Below are positions 17,327-24,958 of a stretch of 39,410 bases of DNA, piece by piece. The stretch comes from an uncultured Actinomycetes bacterium. Its GTDB lineage: Bacteria > Actinomycetota > Thermoleophilia > Gaiellales > F1-60-MAGs149. How positions within the stretch are numbered: the stretch's first letter is position 1; the number at the start of each line of letters is the position of its first letter. The notes under the pieces were generated by a model that worked only from the letters and a program-made list of their open reading frames with translations, ran no database searches and was not told the origin of the DNA. The stretch spans positions 1-39,410 of the forward strand of contig CAIQOY010000043.1 in NCBI GenBank assembly GCA_903873565.1, given 5' to 3'. The position numbers and the translations under genes are program-made.

Positions 17327-18031
17327 GTGGCCGGGGCGCGACGCGAGCTGTCCCTCCTCCTGGGCGCGATCTGCGCCTACCCGCTGCTGACGGCGCTCCT
17401 CGTCGGCCTCGCGGTCCTGATCGTCGGCTTCGGCCTGCTCGTCGGCGGCGTGCAGATGTTCGGGTTCTACGCGGTCCTGGTCGTGGCGATCTCGCTGGCG
17501 GTCCTGCGCTGGCGCTGGGGACGGGTCGGCCCCGAGTCGCGGGCCGAGCGCCGGCGGGCGGCCCTCGTGACCGCCGTCCTGACGGGGCTGGGGGTGTTCG
17601 CGCTGATCCAGCTGGTGCCCTACGGGCGGGCCCACGCCAACCCGCCGGTCACGGGCGAGCCGCAGTGGGCCAGCCCGGAGACCCGGCAGCTGATGGTGGA
17701 CGCCTGCTACCAGTGCCACTCGAACCTCGTCGAGTACCCCTGGTACTCGGACGTCGCCCCGATGTCGTGGACCGTCCAGCACCACATCGAGGAGGGCCGG
17801 GGCGCGGTCAACTACTCCGAGTTCGCGACCGATCCGGGCGAGGCGCACGAGTCGATCGAGGAGATCGAGCACGGCTCGATGCCGCCCGCCTACTTCACGC
17901 GCCTCGGGCTCAACGCGGCCGCGGACCTGACGGACGCGGAGATCGCGACGCTGGTCGCGGGCCTGCGCGCCACGCCCGGCTTCGAGGAGCGGGACGGGTA
18001 CGGGGAGGACGGCGAGCGCGACGACGACTAG
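17327..18031 (+). CDS. Membrane-anchored haem-binding-domain (Haem_bd-type, CXXCH) protein
   Basis: Three N-terminal TM segments, then CYQCHSNLVEYPWYSDVAPMSWTVQHHIEEGRGAVNYSEF...HGSMPPAYF. This matches the pattern C..CHS...WYS..AP.SW...H...G...N(F/Y)SE...MPP..Y. Confidence 0.75.
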   Translation: MAGARRELSLLLGAICAYPLLTALLVGLAVLIVGFGLLVGGVQMFGFYAVLVVAISLAVLRWRWGRVGPESRAERRRAALVTAVLTGLGVFALIQLVPYGRAHANPPVTGEPQWASPETRQLMVDACYQCHSNLVEYPWYSDVAPMSWTVQHHIEEGRGAVNYSEFATDPGEAHESIEEIEHGSMPPAYFTRLGLNAAADLTDAEIATLVAGLRATPGFEERDGYGEDGERDDD

Positions 18032-18043
18032 GCGTCCGCTGCG

Positions 18044-18066
18044 CCGCGCGGGCGGACCCGCGCGGC
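18044..18066. terminator. GC-rich palindrome between convergent genes (coordinates approximate)
   Basis: CCGCGCGGG-CGGA-CCCGCGCGG between the stops at 18031 (+) and 18080 (-). Confidence 0.4.
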
Positions 18067-18079
18067 GACGGGCGGCGTC

Positions 18080-19189
18080 CTAGCGGCTGGCGGCCCAGGC
18101 CTCGGCCGAGTCGAGGTCGGCGAGCGGGCTGAACATCCCGAAGTCGAACTCCTCGAGCGCCTCGCCCGCGCGGACCCTGTTCGGCCAGTCGGGGTTGGCC
18201 AGCGCCGACTTGCCCTGGGCGATGATGTCGGCGTCGCCGTGGGCCACGACGCCGGCGGCCGTCTCGGGCGCGCCGAGGCCGCCGTTGACGATCACCTTGG
18301 CGTTCGAGTGCTTGCGCGCGAGGCCCGCGAGCGAGTGCCCCGACCCGAACACCTCGGCGGTGGCGTCGTGCTCGGTGATGTGGATGAAGGCCATCCCGGC
18401 CGCGTCGAGCACGGGGAAGATGTCGGCCGCATCCTGCTCGCCGCCGACCCACTGGTACTCGAAGTCGTTGACCTTGCTCTGCGAGAGGCGCAGGCCGATC
18501 GGCACGGCCCCGTTCGTGGCCGCGATCGCCTCCCGGATGATCTCCTCGTCGAGGCGGATCCGGTTGCGGGCGTCGCCGCCGTACTCGTCGGTGCGCTGGT
18601 TCGTGTACGCGGTCCAGAACTGGTCGAGCAGGTAGCCGTTGGCCCCGTGGATCTCGATCAGGTCGAAGCCGGCGGCGACGGCGCGCACGCAGCTGTCGAC
18701 GAAGGCCTGCTTGACCGCGGCGATCTCGTCGCGCGTGATCTCGCGGGGGGTCGGGTAGCCGCCCTCGCCGCGGTAGAAGGTGAGCATCGTGCCGAGCGGC
18801 TCCACGGCCGACGGGGCGATCGCGCCCTCGGCGTAGGAGGAGTGGCGGCCCTGGTTGAGGGCGCCGGCGTGCACGAACTGCATGCAGGCCTTCGCGCCGC
18901 CCGCGTGGATCGCGTCGACCACCGTCGCCCAGGCCGCGGTCTGGGCCTCGTCGGTGAGGCCGGGCTGGTGCAGGTAGCCCTGCGCGTACTGCTTGTCGAC
19001 GTAGGTGGCCTCGACGATCACGAGGCCGAAGCCGCCGTCGGCGTAGCGCCCGTAGTAGCGGGCCATCTGGTCGGTCGCCCGGCCGTCCTCGGTCGCGCTG
19101 ACGCGGGTCATCGGCGCCACCGCCATGCGGTTGCGCAGGCCGACCGGCCCGATCGCGGTCTCCTCGAACAGGATCGACGTGTCCGTCAT
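18080..19189 (-). CDS. NADH:flavin oxidoreductase, Old Yellow Enzyme family
   Basis: MAVAPMTRVSA, HGANGYLLDQF, YGGDARNR motifs. ATG at 19189 preceded by GGAGGGGGA. The upstream 208 aa of the track ORF are junk. Confidence 0.9.
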   Translation of the reverse strand: MTDTSILFEETAIGPVGLRNRMAVAPMTRVSATEDGRATDQMARYYGRYADGGFGLVIVEATYVDKQYAQGYLHQPGLTDEAQTAAWATVVDAIHAGGAKACMQFVHAGALNQGRHSSYAEGAIAPSAVEPLGTMLTFYRGEGGYPTPREITRDEIAAVKQAFVDSCVRAVAAGFDLIEIHGANGYLLDQFWTAYTNQRTDEYGGDARNRIRLDEEIIREAIAATNGAVPIGLRLSQSKVNDFEYQWVGGEQDAADIFPVLDAAGMAFIHITEHDATAEVFGSGHSLAGLARKHSNAKVIVNGGLGAPETAAGVVAHGDADIIAQGKSALANPDWPNRVRAGEALEEFDFGMFSPLADLDSAEAWAASR

Positions 19190-19251
19190 GGGTCCCCCTC
19201 CGTGGTCGCTCCCCAACGCGGCAAACGTAGCCGATGCCGCCGGCCGGCGGG

Positions 19252-20448
19252 TCACGCCGCGCGGGACGGCAGGCCGCGCTCGAGGCGCCGGCGCCCGAGC
19301 GGCAGCGCCGCAGCGGTGAACAGGAGCGCGGCGAGCGGGAACACGGCGAGGACGAGGTCGAAGTCGCCGGTCAGGTCGCGGACGCCGCCGAGCAGCGCGG
19401 GGGCGAGCGCCGTCAGCAGGTAGCCGCAGAACATCATCATCGCGGCCATCGCGCCCACGTCGAGCGGGTGCTCGGAGAGGTCGAGCGGCAGGCTCAGCGT
19501 GAGCGTGAACATCGCCCCGTTGGCGAGGCCCGCCAGCAGCATCCAGGCCGGGGCGCCCGCCGGGTGCAGGATCAGCAGCACCGTCGCGGTGGTCATCGCG
19601 GCCCCGCCGAGGACGAGCCCGCGGCGGCGCGAGAGGCGGTCGCCGATCACGCCGAGGGCGAGGCTGGAGGGGACGGTGCCGATGTTGTAGATCGCCGCCA
19701 GCCAGCCCGTCGCCGCGAGCGAGTAGCCCTGGTCGGCGTAGGCCGCCGGCAGCCACGCCGCGAGGCCGTAGTAGATGACGCCGAGCAGGCCGAACAGCGC
19801 CACCAGCAGCCACGCCGTGCCGCTGCGCAGCGGGAAGCGGGGCAGGCTCGCCGCCGGCCGCTCGTTCGGGGCGCGGCGCGTGCAGGCGATCCAGCCGATC
19901 AGGCAGGCGAGGGCGGCGAGGGAGATCGCGAACAGGGACGCCCGCCAGCCGGCGAAGGCCACGGCCAGCGGCACCGCCACCACCGCGGCCGCGGTCGAGC
20001 CGACCTGCATCCCGGTCGAGTAGATCGCCGTCACCAGCACGGGGCGCTCGGCGAAGCGCTGCTTGACGGCGACCACCATCAGGGTGTTGCCGATGCCCAT
20101 GCCGGCGCCGATCGCGAAGGTGAGGGCGAGCACGCCCTCGGCGCCCGGGACGGCGACCCGCGCGAGCCCGCCGATCGCGATCAGCGCGAGGGCCGCGGTG
20201 ACGGAGCGCAGCGCCCCGAAGCGCCCGGCGAGGAACGGCCCGAGCGGTGCGAAGACCGCCATGCAGAGCACCGGGATCGTGACCAGGAGGCCCGCCGTGG
20301 CGTACGAGATCCCGAGCGAGTCCCGGATCGTCGGGATCAGGGGCCCGACCGCGACGACCTGGGGCCGGAGCGTCAGCGACGCGAGCAGGAGCCCGGCGAG
20401 GAGCGGGGCGCGGCCGGCGAGGCGCGCGCCTCTCGGCGGCCGCGTCAT
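19252..20448 (-). CDS. MFS transporter, CynX/cyanate-permease-like family (paralog 1)
   Basis: 12-TM pattern. It aligns without gaps to the ORF at 37192-38394. The start is ATG 20448 or ATG 20493. Confidence 0.8.
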   Translation of the reverse strand: MTRPPRGARLAGRAPLLAGLLLASLTLRPQVVAVGPLIPTIRDSLGISYATAGLLVTIPVLCMAVFAPLGPFLAGRFGALRSVTAALALIAIGGLARVAVPGAEGVLALTFAIGAGMGIGNTLMVVAVKQRFAERPVLVTAIYSTGMQVGSTAAAVVAVPLAVAFAGWRASLFAISLAALACLIGWIACTRRAPNERPAASLPRFPLRSGTAWLLVALFGLLGVIYYGLAAWLPAAYADQGYSLAATGWLAAIYNIGTVPSSLALGVIGDRLSRRRGLVLGGAAMTTATVLLILHPAGAPAWMLLAGLANGAMFTLTLSLPLDLSEHPLDVGAMAAMMMFCGYLLTALAPALLGGVRDLTGDFDLVLAVFPLAALLFTAAALPLGRRRLERGLPSRAA

Positions 20449-20636
20449 CGGCCGCCGGTCGTGCCGACGCGGGTCACGGGGCGCCTGCCGCATGGTCAGG
20501 CGGGACCGCGGGGCCGGTCGGGACCTCCTCGCTCCGGATCGCGGTGTCCGTCATCAGGGGCTCCTCCCGTCGCCACGCCGCCGCTCGGCTGGCGGCAGCC
20601 TATCCGGGTGCGCGCCTCCGGCGGCGCGGTGGTGGA

Positions 20637-20649
20637 TTGGTCGGACCGA
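20637..20649. promoter_or_regulatory. Candidate GntR/FadR-type operator (TTGGTCGGACCGA)
   Basis: GGTC-G-GACC inverted repeat about 20 nt upstream of the SDR start codon, in the divergent region shared with the CynX-like gene. Confidence 0.5.
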
Positions 20650-20668
20650 TCGTGGTACGAATCCCCGC

Positions 20669-21421
20669 ATGCCCGAACTCCACTTCGACTTCACGGGGCG
20701 CGTCGCCCTGATCACCGGCGCCGCGAGCGGCGTCGGCCTGGCCACCGCCCGCCTCCTGCAGGACGCGGGCGCCAAGGTCGCCCTGCTCGACCTCTCCGCC
20801 GACGCCCTCGAGGCCGCGACGGCCGAGCTCGGCGGCGACGCCCTCGCCTGCCCGGCCGACGTCACCGACTCGGCGCAGATCGACGCGGCCGTGGCCGCCG
20901 TCGCGGCCGCGCACGGGCCGGTCGACGTGCTGGTCTGCTCGGCCGGCATCGCCGGCGCCTCGCTGCCCACCCTCGAGGTGACCGACGAGGAGTGGCGGCG
21001 CGTGATGGCGATCAACGCCGACGGCACCTTCTTCGCCATGCGCGCCGTCCTGCCCGGCATGACCGCCAAGGGCTACGGGCGGATCGTCAACGTGGCGTCG
21101 GTGGCCGGCAAGGAGGGCAACCCGATGGCGGCCGCGTACTCCGCCTCCAAGGCGGCGGTGATCGGCATGACCAAGTCCGTCGGCAAGGACGTCGCGGGCA
21201 CCGGCGTGCTCGTCAACTGCGTCTGCCCGGCCCCGATCGACACCCCGATGGTGCGCGGCCTCTCCGAGGAGCACGTCCAGTACATGCTCTCGCGGGTGCC
21301 GCTGGCGAGGCTCGCCACCGTCGACGAGGCCGCCACGCTGATCGCGTTCATGGCCAGCGACGGCATGACCTTCTCGACGGGCGCCGCGTTCGACCTGTCG
21401 GGCGGGCGGCTCACCTACTAG
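20669..21421 (+). CDS. Short-chain dehydrogenase/reductase (classical SDR)
   Basis: TGAASGVGLA cofactor motif, NVASVAG, catalytic YSASK. ATG at 20669. Confidence 0.9.
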   Translation: MPELHFDFTGRVALITGAASGVGLATARLLQDAGAKVALLDLSADALEAATAELGGDALACPADVTDSAQIDAAVAAVAAAHGPVDVLVCSAGIAGASLPTLEVTDEEWRRVMAINADGTFFAMRAVLPGMTAKGYGRIVNVASVAGKEGNPMAAAYSASKAAVIGMTKSVGKDVAGTGVLVNCVCPAPIDTPMVRGLSEEHVQYMLSRVPLARLATVDEAATLIAFMASDGMTFSTGAAFDLSGGRLTY

Positions 21422-21424
21422 CGC

Positions 21425-21457
21425 GACGGCCCGGGCGCGGCGCGCCCGGGCCCCGTC
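21425..21457. terminator. Bidirectional GC-rich hairpin between convergent SDR and ABM genes
   Basis: GACGGCCCGGGCGC-GGC-GCGCCCGGGCCCCGTC (9-bp perfect core plus an extended stem with a bulge). Confidence 0.45.
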
Positions 21458-21460
21458 GCC

Positions 21461-21748
21461 TCACAGCGGCGCGTAGAACTCGCGCCGGCGCTCCTCGAGG
21501 CGCGGGATCGCGTGCCCGAAGCCCCACTCCTGGAAGTGGGGCGACTCGACGTGGGCCTCGTAGGCCGCGGCGTCGGTGTAGACCTCGAACATGAAGAAGA
21601 CGTTCGGGTCCTCGACGTCGCGGTGCGCGCGGTACTCGAGGATGCCGGGCTCGGCCAGCGACGGCTCGAGCAGCTCGCCGAGGGCGCGCGCGACCTCGTC
21701 GGCCTCACCCTCCTTGGCCACCCAGCGGACGGCGACGACGTGGGTCAT
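21461..21748 (-). CDS. ABM-domain (antibiotic biosynthesis monooxygenase-like) protein
   Basis: 95-aa ferredoxin-like pattern: VVAVRWVAKEG...ILEYRAHRD..DPNVFFMFEVYTDAAAYEAHVESPHF. Confidence 0.8.
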   Translation of the reverse strand: MTHVVAVRWVAKEGEADEVARALGELLEPSLAEPGILEYRAHRDVEDPNVFFMFEVYTDAAAYEAHVESPHFQEWGFGHAIPRLEERRREFYAPL

Positions 21749-21770
21749 GGTCGTTCCCCTCTCTGGCGCC

Positions 21771-22184
21771 TCAGGCGCCGGTCCGGCCGGGCACGTACGC
21801 CACGGCCTCCATCTCGACGAGCATCCCGGGGACCGGGAGCTCCCTGACCCCGACCAGCGTGGAGGCGGGCCGGGTCTCCCCGAAGAACGCCTGCCGCTGC
21901 GGGTTGATGCGCGGGCGGTCGTCGACCTCGACGAGGTAGACGTTGACCTTGACGACGTCGGCCGGGGTCGCGCCCGCCGCGGCGAGGATCGCGGCGAGGT
22001 TCTCCAGGACCTGCGCGAACTGCGCCTCGACGTCGCCCGGTCCGGTCAGCGACCCGTCGGGGGCGAGCGCGGGCACGCCCGACACGAACAGGTGGTCGCC
22101 GGCCCAGACGGCGTCCGTGTAGTGGCTGAGGGGCGGCGCGAGCCCCGCGACGCTGACCTCCTCGCGTGCGGGGCCCGGCGCCAT
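21771..22184 (-). CDS. RidA/YjgF/L-PSP family (enamine/imine deaminase-like) protein
   Basis: LSHYTDAV..GDHLFVSG, VKVNVYL, PASTLVGV..LP..MLVEMEAVA C-terminal signature. Confidence 0.85.
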   Translation of the reverse strand: MAPGPAREEVSVAGLAPPLSHYTDAVWAGDHLFVSGVPALAPDGSLTGPGDVEAQFAQVLENLAAILAAAGATPADVVKVNVYLVEVDDRPRINPQRQAFFGETRPASTLVGVRELPVPGMLVEMEAVAYVPGRTGA

Positions 22185-22187
22185 CCG

Positions 22188-22805
22188 TCAGCCGATCGCC
22201 GCGATGACCTCGTCGGTCGTGGCGACCTCGGCGAGGTTGGGGATCGCGTACTCGAGGGCCGCCTTCTGCCACTCGTCGTCGATCGTCGAGGTGCCGTCGG
22301 AGACGACCACGACCTCGTAGCCGTTGTCGGCGCCCTGCCGGGTCGTCATCTCCACCGACATGTTGGTCCACGCGCCCGTGACGATGATCTTCTCGGCGCC
22401 GAGGCCGCGCAGCTTGATGTCGAGCGGCGTGTGCGAGAAGCCGCCCATGCGCTGCTTCTGGATCACGATGTCGCCGTCCTGCGGCTCGAGGCCCTCGACG
22501 GGCGCGGCGCCCCAGGAGCCGGCCTGCAGGGCGCCGACCTCGCGCACGCTGCGGTAGAGGCCGGCGTTCTGCTTCGAGTCGCGGTCGTGGCTCGAGCCCT
22601 GGTTGCCGAAGTGGTGGATGTGGACGACCTGGCCGCCCTTCTCGCGCATCGCGGCGGCCAGGCGCTTGACGTTCTCGACGACGTTCTGGCTCTTGGCGTG
22701 GGCGGGGGCGCCGGAGTCGGCGAAGGCGCCGCCCTCCATGATCACGTCGTTCTGCAGGTCGAGGATGATCAGCGCGGTCTTCGCGGGGTCGATCTTCGCG
22801 GGCAT
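22188..22805 (-). CDS. Isochorismatase-family hydrolase with Ser at the nucleophile position
   Basis: Asp in ALIILDLQND and Lys in VIQKQRMGGF are conserved. The G..T..C-V..T.R motif reads VTGAWTNMSVEMTTRQ, so Cys is replaced by Ser. Confidence 0.85.
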   Translation of the reverse strand: MPAKIDPAKTALIILDLQNDVIMEGGAFADSGAPAHAKSQNVVENVKRLAAAMREKGGQVVHIHHFGNQGSSHDRDSKQNAGLYRSVREVGALQAGSWGAAPVEGLEPQDGDIVIQKQRMGGFSHTPLDIKLRGLGAEKIIVTGAWTNMSVEMTTRQGADNGYEVVVVSDGTSTIDDEWQKAALEYAIPNLAEVATTDEVIAAIG

Positions 22806-22814
22806 CGGTGGCTC

Positions 22815-23714
22815 CTAGCGGAAGGCGGCCGAGCGGTGCCCGGCGACCGTGGTCTTGAGGACGTGGACGGTGGTCGAGGTGCAGAGGAACAGCGAGTGCC
22901 AGTCGTCGCCCCAGCAGAGGTTGCCGACGACCTCCGCCGAGTTGACGGTGCCGAGGTGCTCGCCCTCCTGGGAGATCACCCACACGCCGCCGGGGCCGGT
23001 GCACCAGAGGTTGCCGGCCTCGTCCATCTTCATGCCGTCCGGCACGCCGTCGGCGTAGACGGGCTCGCCCGGCCACTGGTAGAGCACCTCGCCGCCCGAC
23101 AGGCTGCCGTCGGCGTTGACGGAGAAGCGGCGGATGTTGAGGTCCTCGGTGTCGTTGATCCAGACGGTCTTCTCGTCGTGCGAGAAGCAGAGGCCGTTGG
23201 GCTTGTTGAAGTCGTCGACGACCAGCTGCAGGCCGCCGTCGCTCGTGTAGCGGTAGACGCCGCAGAAGTCGAGCTCGGGCTCGCGCTCCTCGCCGAAGCC
23301 GGGCCAGCGCCCGTACGGCGGGTCCGTGAACCAGATCGCCCCGTCGGAGGTGACCACGACGTCGTTCGGGCTGTTCAGCTCCTTGTCGCCGTAGTGCGAG
23401 GCGATCACCTTGCGCTCCCCGTCCTCGAGGACGACGACGGAGGAGGTCACGTGCTCGCAGAGGATGTGGTTGCCCGCCAGGCAGAGCGTGGTGCCGTTGC
23501 ACTTGTTGGACGGGTGCGCGACCACCTCGACGCCGCCCGCGCGCGTCCAGCGCCGGCGCGTGTCGGCGGGCATGTCGGAGAAGTACAGCGCCTGCTCGGA
23601 GGCCACCCACAGCGGCCCCTCGGTGAAGGTGCACCCACTGGCGATCTGCTCCCACGTGGCGTCGAGATCCACGAGGTCGGCCATGGCCGGGGACACCGCG
23701 GTGACGAGACTCAT
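22815..23714 (-). CDS. SMP-30/gluconolactonase/LRE-family beta-propeller (lactonase-like)
   Basis: TEGPLW, NSPNDVVVTSDGAIWFTDP, PNGLCFS, PDGMKMDEAGNLW motifs. RBS GAGGAGGGAAGAGG. Confidence 0.88.
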   Translation of the reverse strand: MSLVTAVSPAMADLVDLDATWEQIASGCTFTEGPLWVASEQALYFSDMPADTRRRWTRAGGVEVVAHPSNKCNGTTLCLAGNHILCEHVTSSVVVLEDGERKVIASHYGDKELNSPNDVVVTSDGAIWFTDPPYGRWPGFGEEREPELDFCGVYRYTSDGGLQLVVDDFNKPNGLCFSHDEKTVWINDTEDLNIRRFSVNADGSLSGGEVLYQWPGEPVYADGVPDGMKMDEAGNLWCTGPGGVWVISQEGEHLGTVNSAEVVGNLCWGDDWHSLFLCTSTTVHVLKTTVAGHRSAAFR

Positions 23715-23793
23715 CGGTCCTCTTCCCTCCTCGGTCCACCCGGCGGATCCGGGGCGGACCGGGTAGGTCTAGCGCATCGGGGGCGCCCGCGCA

Positions 23794-23806
23794 ATGGTCG
23801 GACCAT
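23794..23806. promoter_or_regulatory. Candidate GntR/FadR-type operator (ATGGTCGGACCAT)
   Basis: Perfect 6+1+6 inverted repeat in the divergent intergenic region between the lactonase operon and the ABC-transporter operon. Confidence 0.6.
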
Positions 23807-23824
23807 CCGGGCCGCGGCAGCCCA

Positions 23825-23853
23825 TTGACACGGCAAAAGGTCAGACCTATTGT
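23825..23853 (+). promoter_or_regulatory. Sigma-70/SigA-type promoter for the ABC-transporter operon
   Basis: TTGACA (23825-23830), a 17-nt spacer, then TATTGT (23848-23853). The spacer contains operator copy AGGTCAGACCT. The downstream 5' UTR holds a C(UUCG)G-capped hairpin (23866-23885) and the RBS GAGGAGGGGAG. Confidence 0.6.
23838..23848. promoter_or_regulatory. Candidate GntR/FadR-type operator (AGGTCAGACCT) overlapping the promoter spacer and -10
   Basis: Perfect 5+1+5 inverted repeat with the same GGTC-N-GACC core as the other copies. Confidence 0.55.
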
Positions 23854-23908
23854 CCCCCCCTGAGGGACGGGCCTTCGGGGTCGTCACGGGAGCAGAGGAG
23901 GGGAGCCG

Positions 23909-24958
23909 GTGTCGGCCAACGAGGGGCTGAAGGCCAAGCATGTCGCGACCGCCGGTCCCCGCGTGTCCTGGTCGAAGGGCACGATCTTCCTTCTCGCCGT
24001 CCTCGCCGTCGCGGTCCTCGGCATCGGCATCCAGGCCGCGAGCGACGCGACCCTGTTCGCCCAGATCACCCTCAACGGCCTCACCCTCGCCGGCCTCTAC
24101 TTCATCGTCGCGAGCGGCTTCACCCTGATCTTCGGGCTGATGCGCGTCGTCAACATGGCGCACGGCTCGTTCTACATGCTCGGCGGCATCATCGCCTTCC
24201 TGGTCCAGGAGCGGATGCTGAAGCCCGACCCGACCAGCTTCGACCTGCCGACGGCGACCTTCGGCTCCTTCGTGCTCCCGCTCGTGATCGCCACGTTCTC
24301 CGTCGCCCTGCTCGGCCTGATCATCCAGCAGGTCTTCCTGCGCTGGAACCAGGGCCAGGAGCTGCGCCAGGCGCTGATCACGATCGCGATCTCGATCATC
24401 GTCGCCGACCAGGCGGTGGCCCGCTTCGGCGGCATCGCGAAGGAGATCTCGGTCCCGATCGAGCGCTCCATCGAGCTGCCGATCGTGGGCAACTACGGGA
24501 CGATGCGGCTGGTCATGCTGCTGGTCGCGGTCGTCGTCGGCCTCCTGCTCCTCGGCCTGATCACCCGCACCCGCTTCGGCATGATCGTGCGCGCCGGCGT
24601 CGACGACCGCCAGATGGTCACCGCGCTCGGCATCGACATCCAGAAGGTGTTCGCCGTCGCCTTCCTCCTCGGCGCCTTCCTCGCCGGCCTGGCCGGCGTC
24701 CTCGGCGGCAGCGTCAACTCGGTCAACAAGGCCGACGACGGCAAGTTCCTGCTGATCTCGCTGGTGATCGTGATCGTCGGCGGGATGGGCTCGCTGACGG
24801 GCGCCGCGATCGGCGCGCTCCTGCTCGGCCTGATCGACTCCTACTCGGACGTCTACCTCCCCGACGCCATCACCAACTACGGCGTGCTCCTGACGTTCTT
24901 CCTGCTCGTGTTCGTGCTCGCGGTGCGGCCCTACGGTCTGTTCGGGAGGCCGGGGTGA
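23909..24958 (+). CDS. HAAT-family (LivH-like) ABC transporter permease
   Basis: LNGLTLAGLYFIVASGFTLIFGLMRVVNMAHGSFYMLGG is the LivH-type N-terminal signature. GTG start after the RBS. Confidence 0.88.
   Translation: MSANEGLKAKHVATAGPRVSWSKGTIFLLAVLAVAVLGIGIQAASDATLFAQITLNGLTLAGLYFIVASGFTLIFGLMRVVNMAHGSFYMLGGIIAFLVQERMLKPDPTSFDLPTATFGSFVLPLVIATFSVALLGLIIQQVFLRWNQGQELRQALITIAISIIVADQAVARFGGIAKEISVPIERSIELPIVGNYGTMRLVMLLVAVVVGLLLLGLITRTRFGMIVRAGVDDRQMVTALGIDIQKVFAVAFLLGAFLAGLAGVLGGSVNSVNKADDGKFLLISLVIVIVGGMGSLTGAAIGALLLGLIDSYSDVYLPDAITNYGVLLTFFLLVFVLAVRPYGLFGRPG

Noticed and set aside
20511-20523. CCGGTCGGGACCT and several GGTCGACC sites (for example about 10095, 15481, 27465, 36785) as additional operators.
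   Set aside because: Their half-site spacing differs (2 nt or 0 nt rather than 1 nt). The zero-spacer sites are all inside coding sequence and are simply GTCGAC-containing codon strings.
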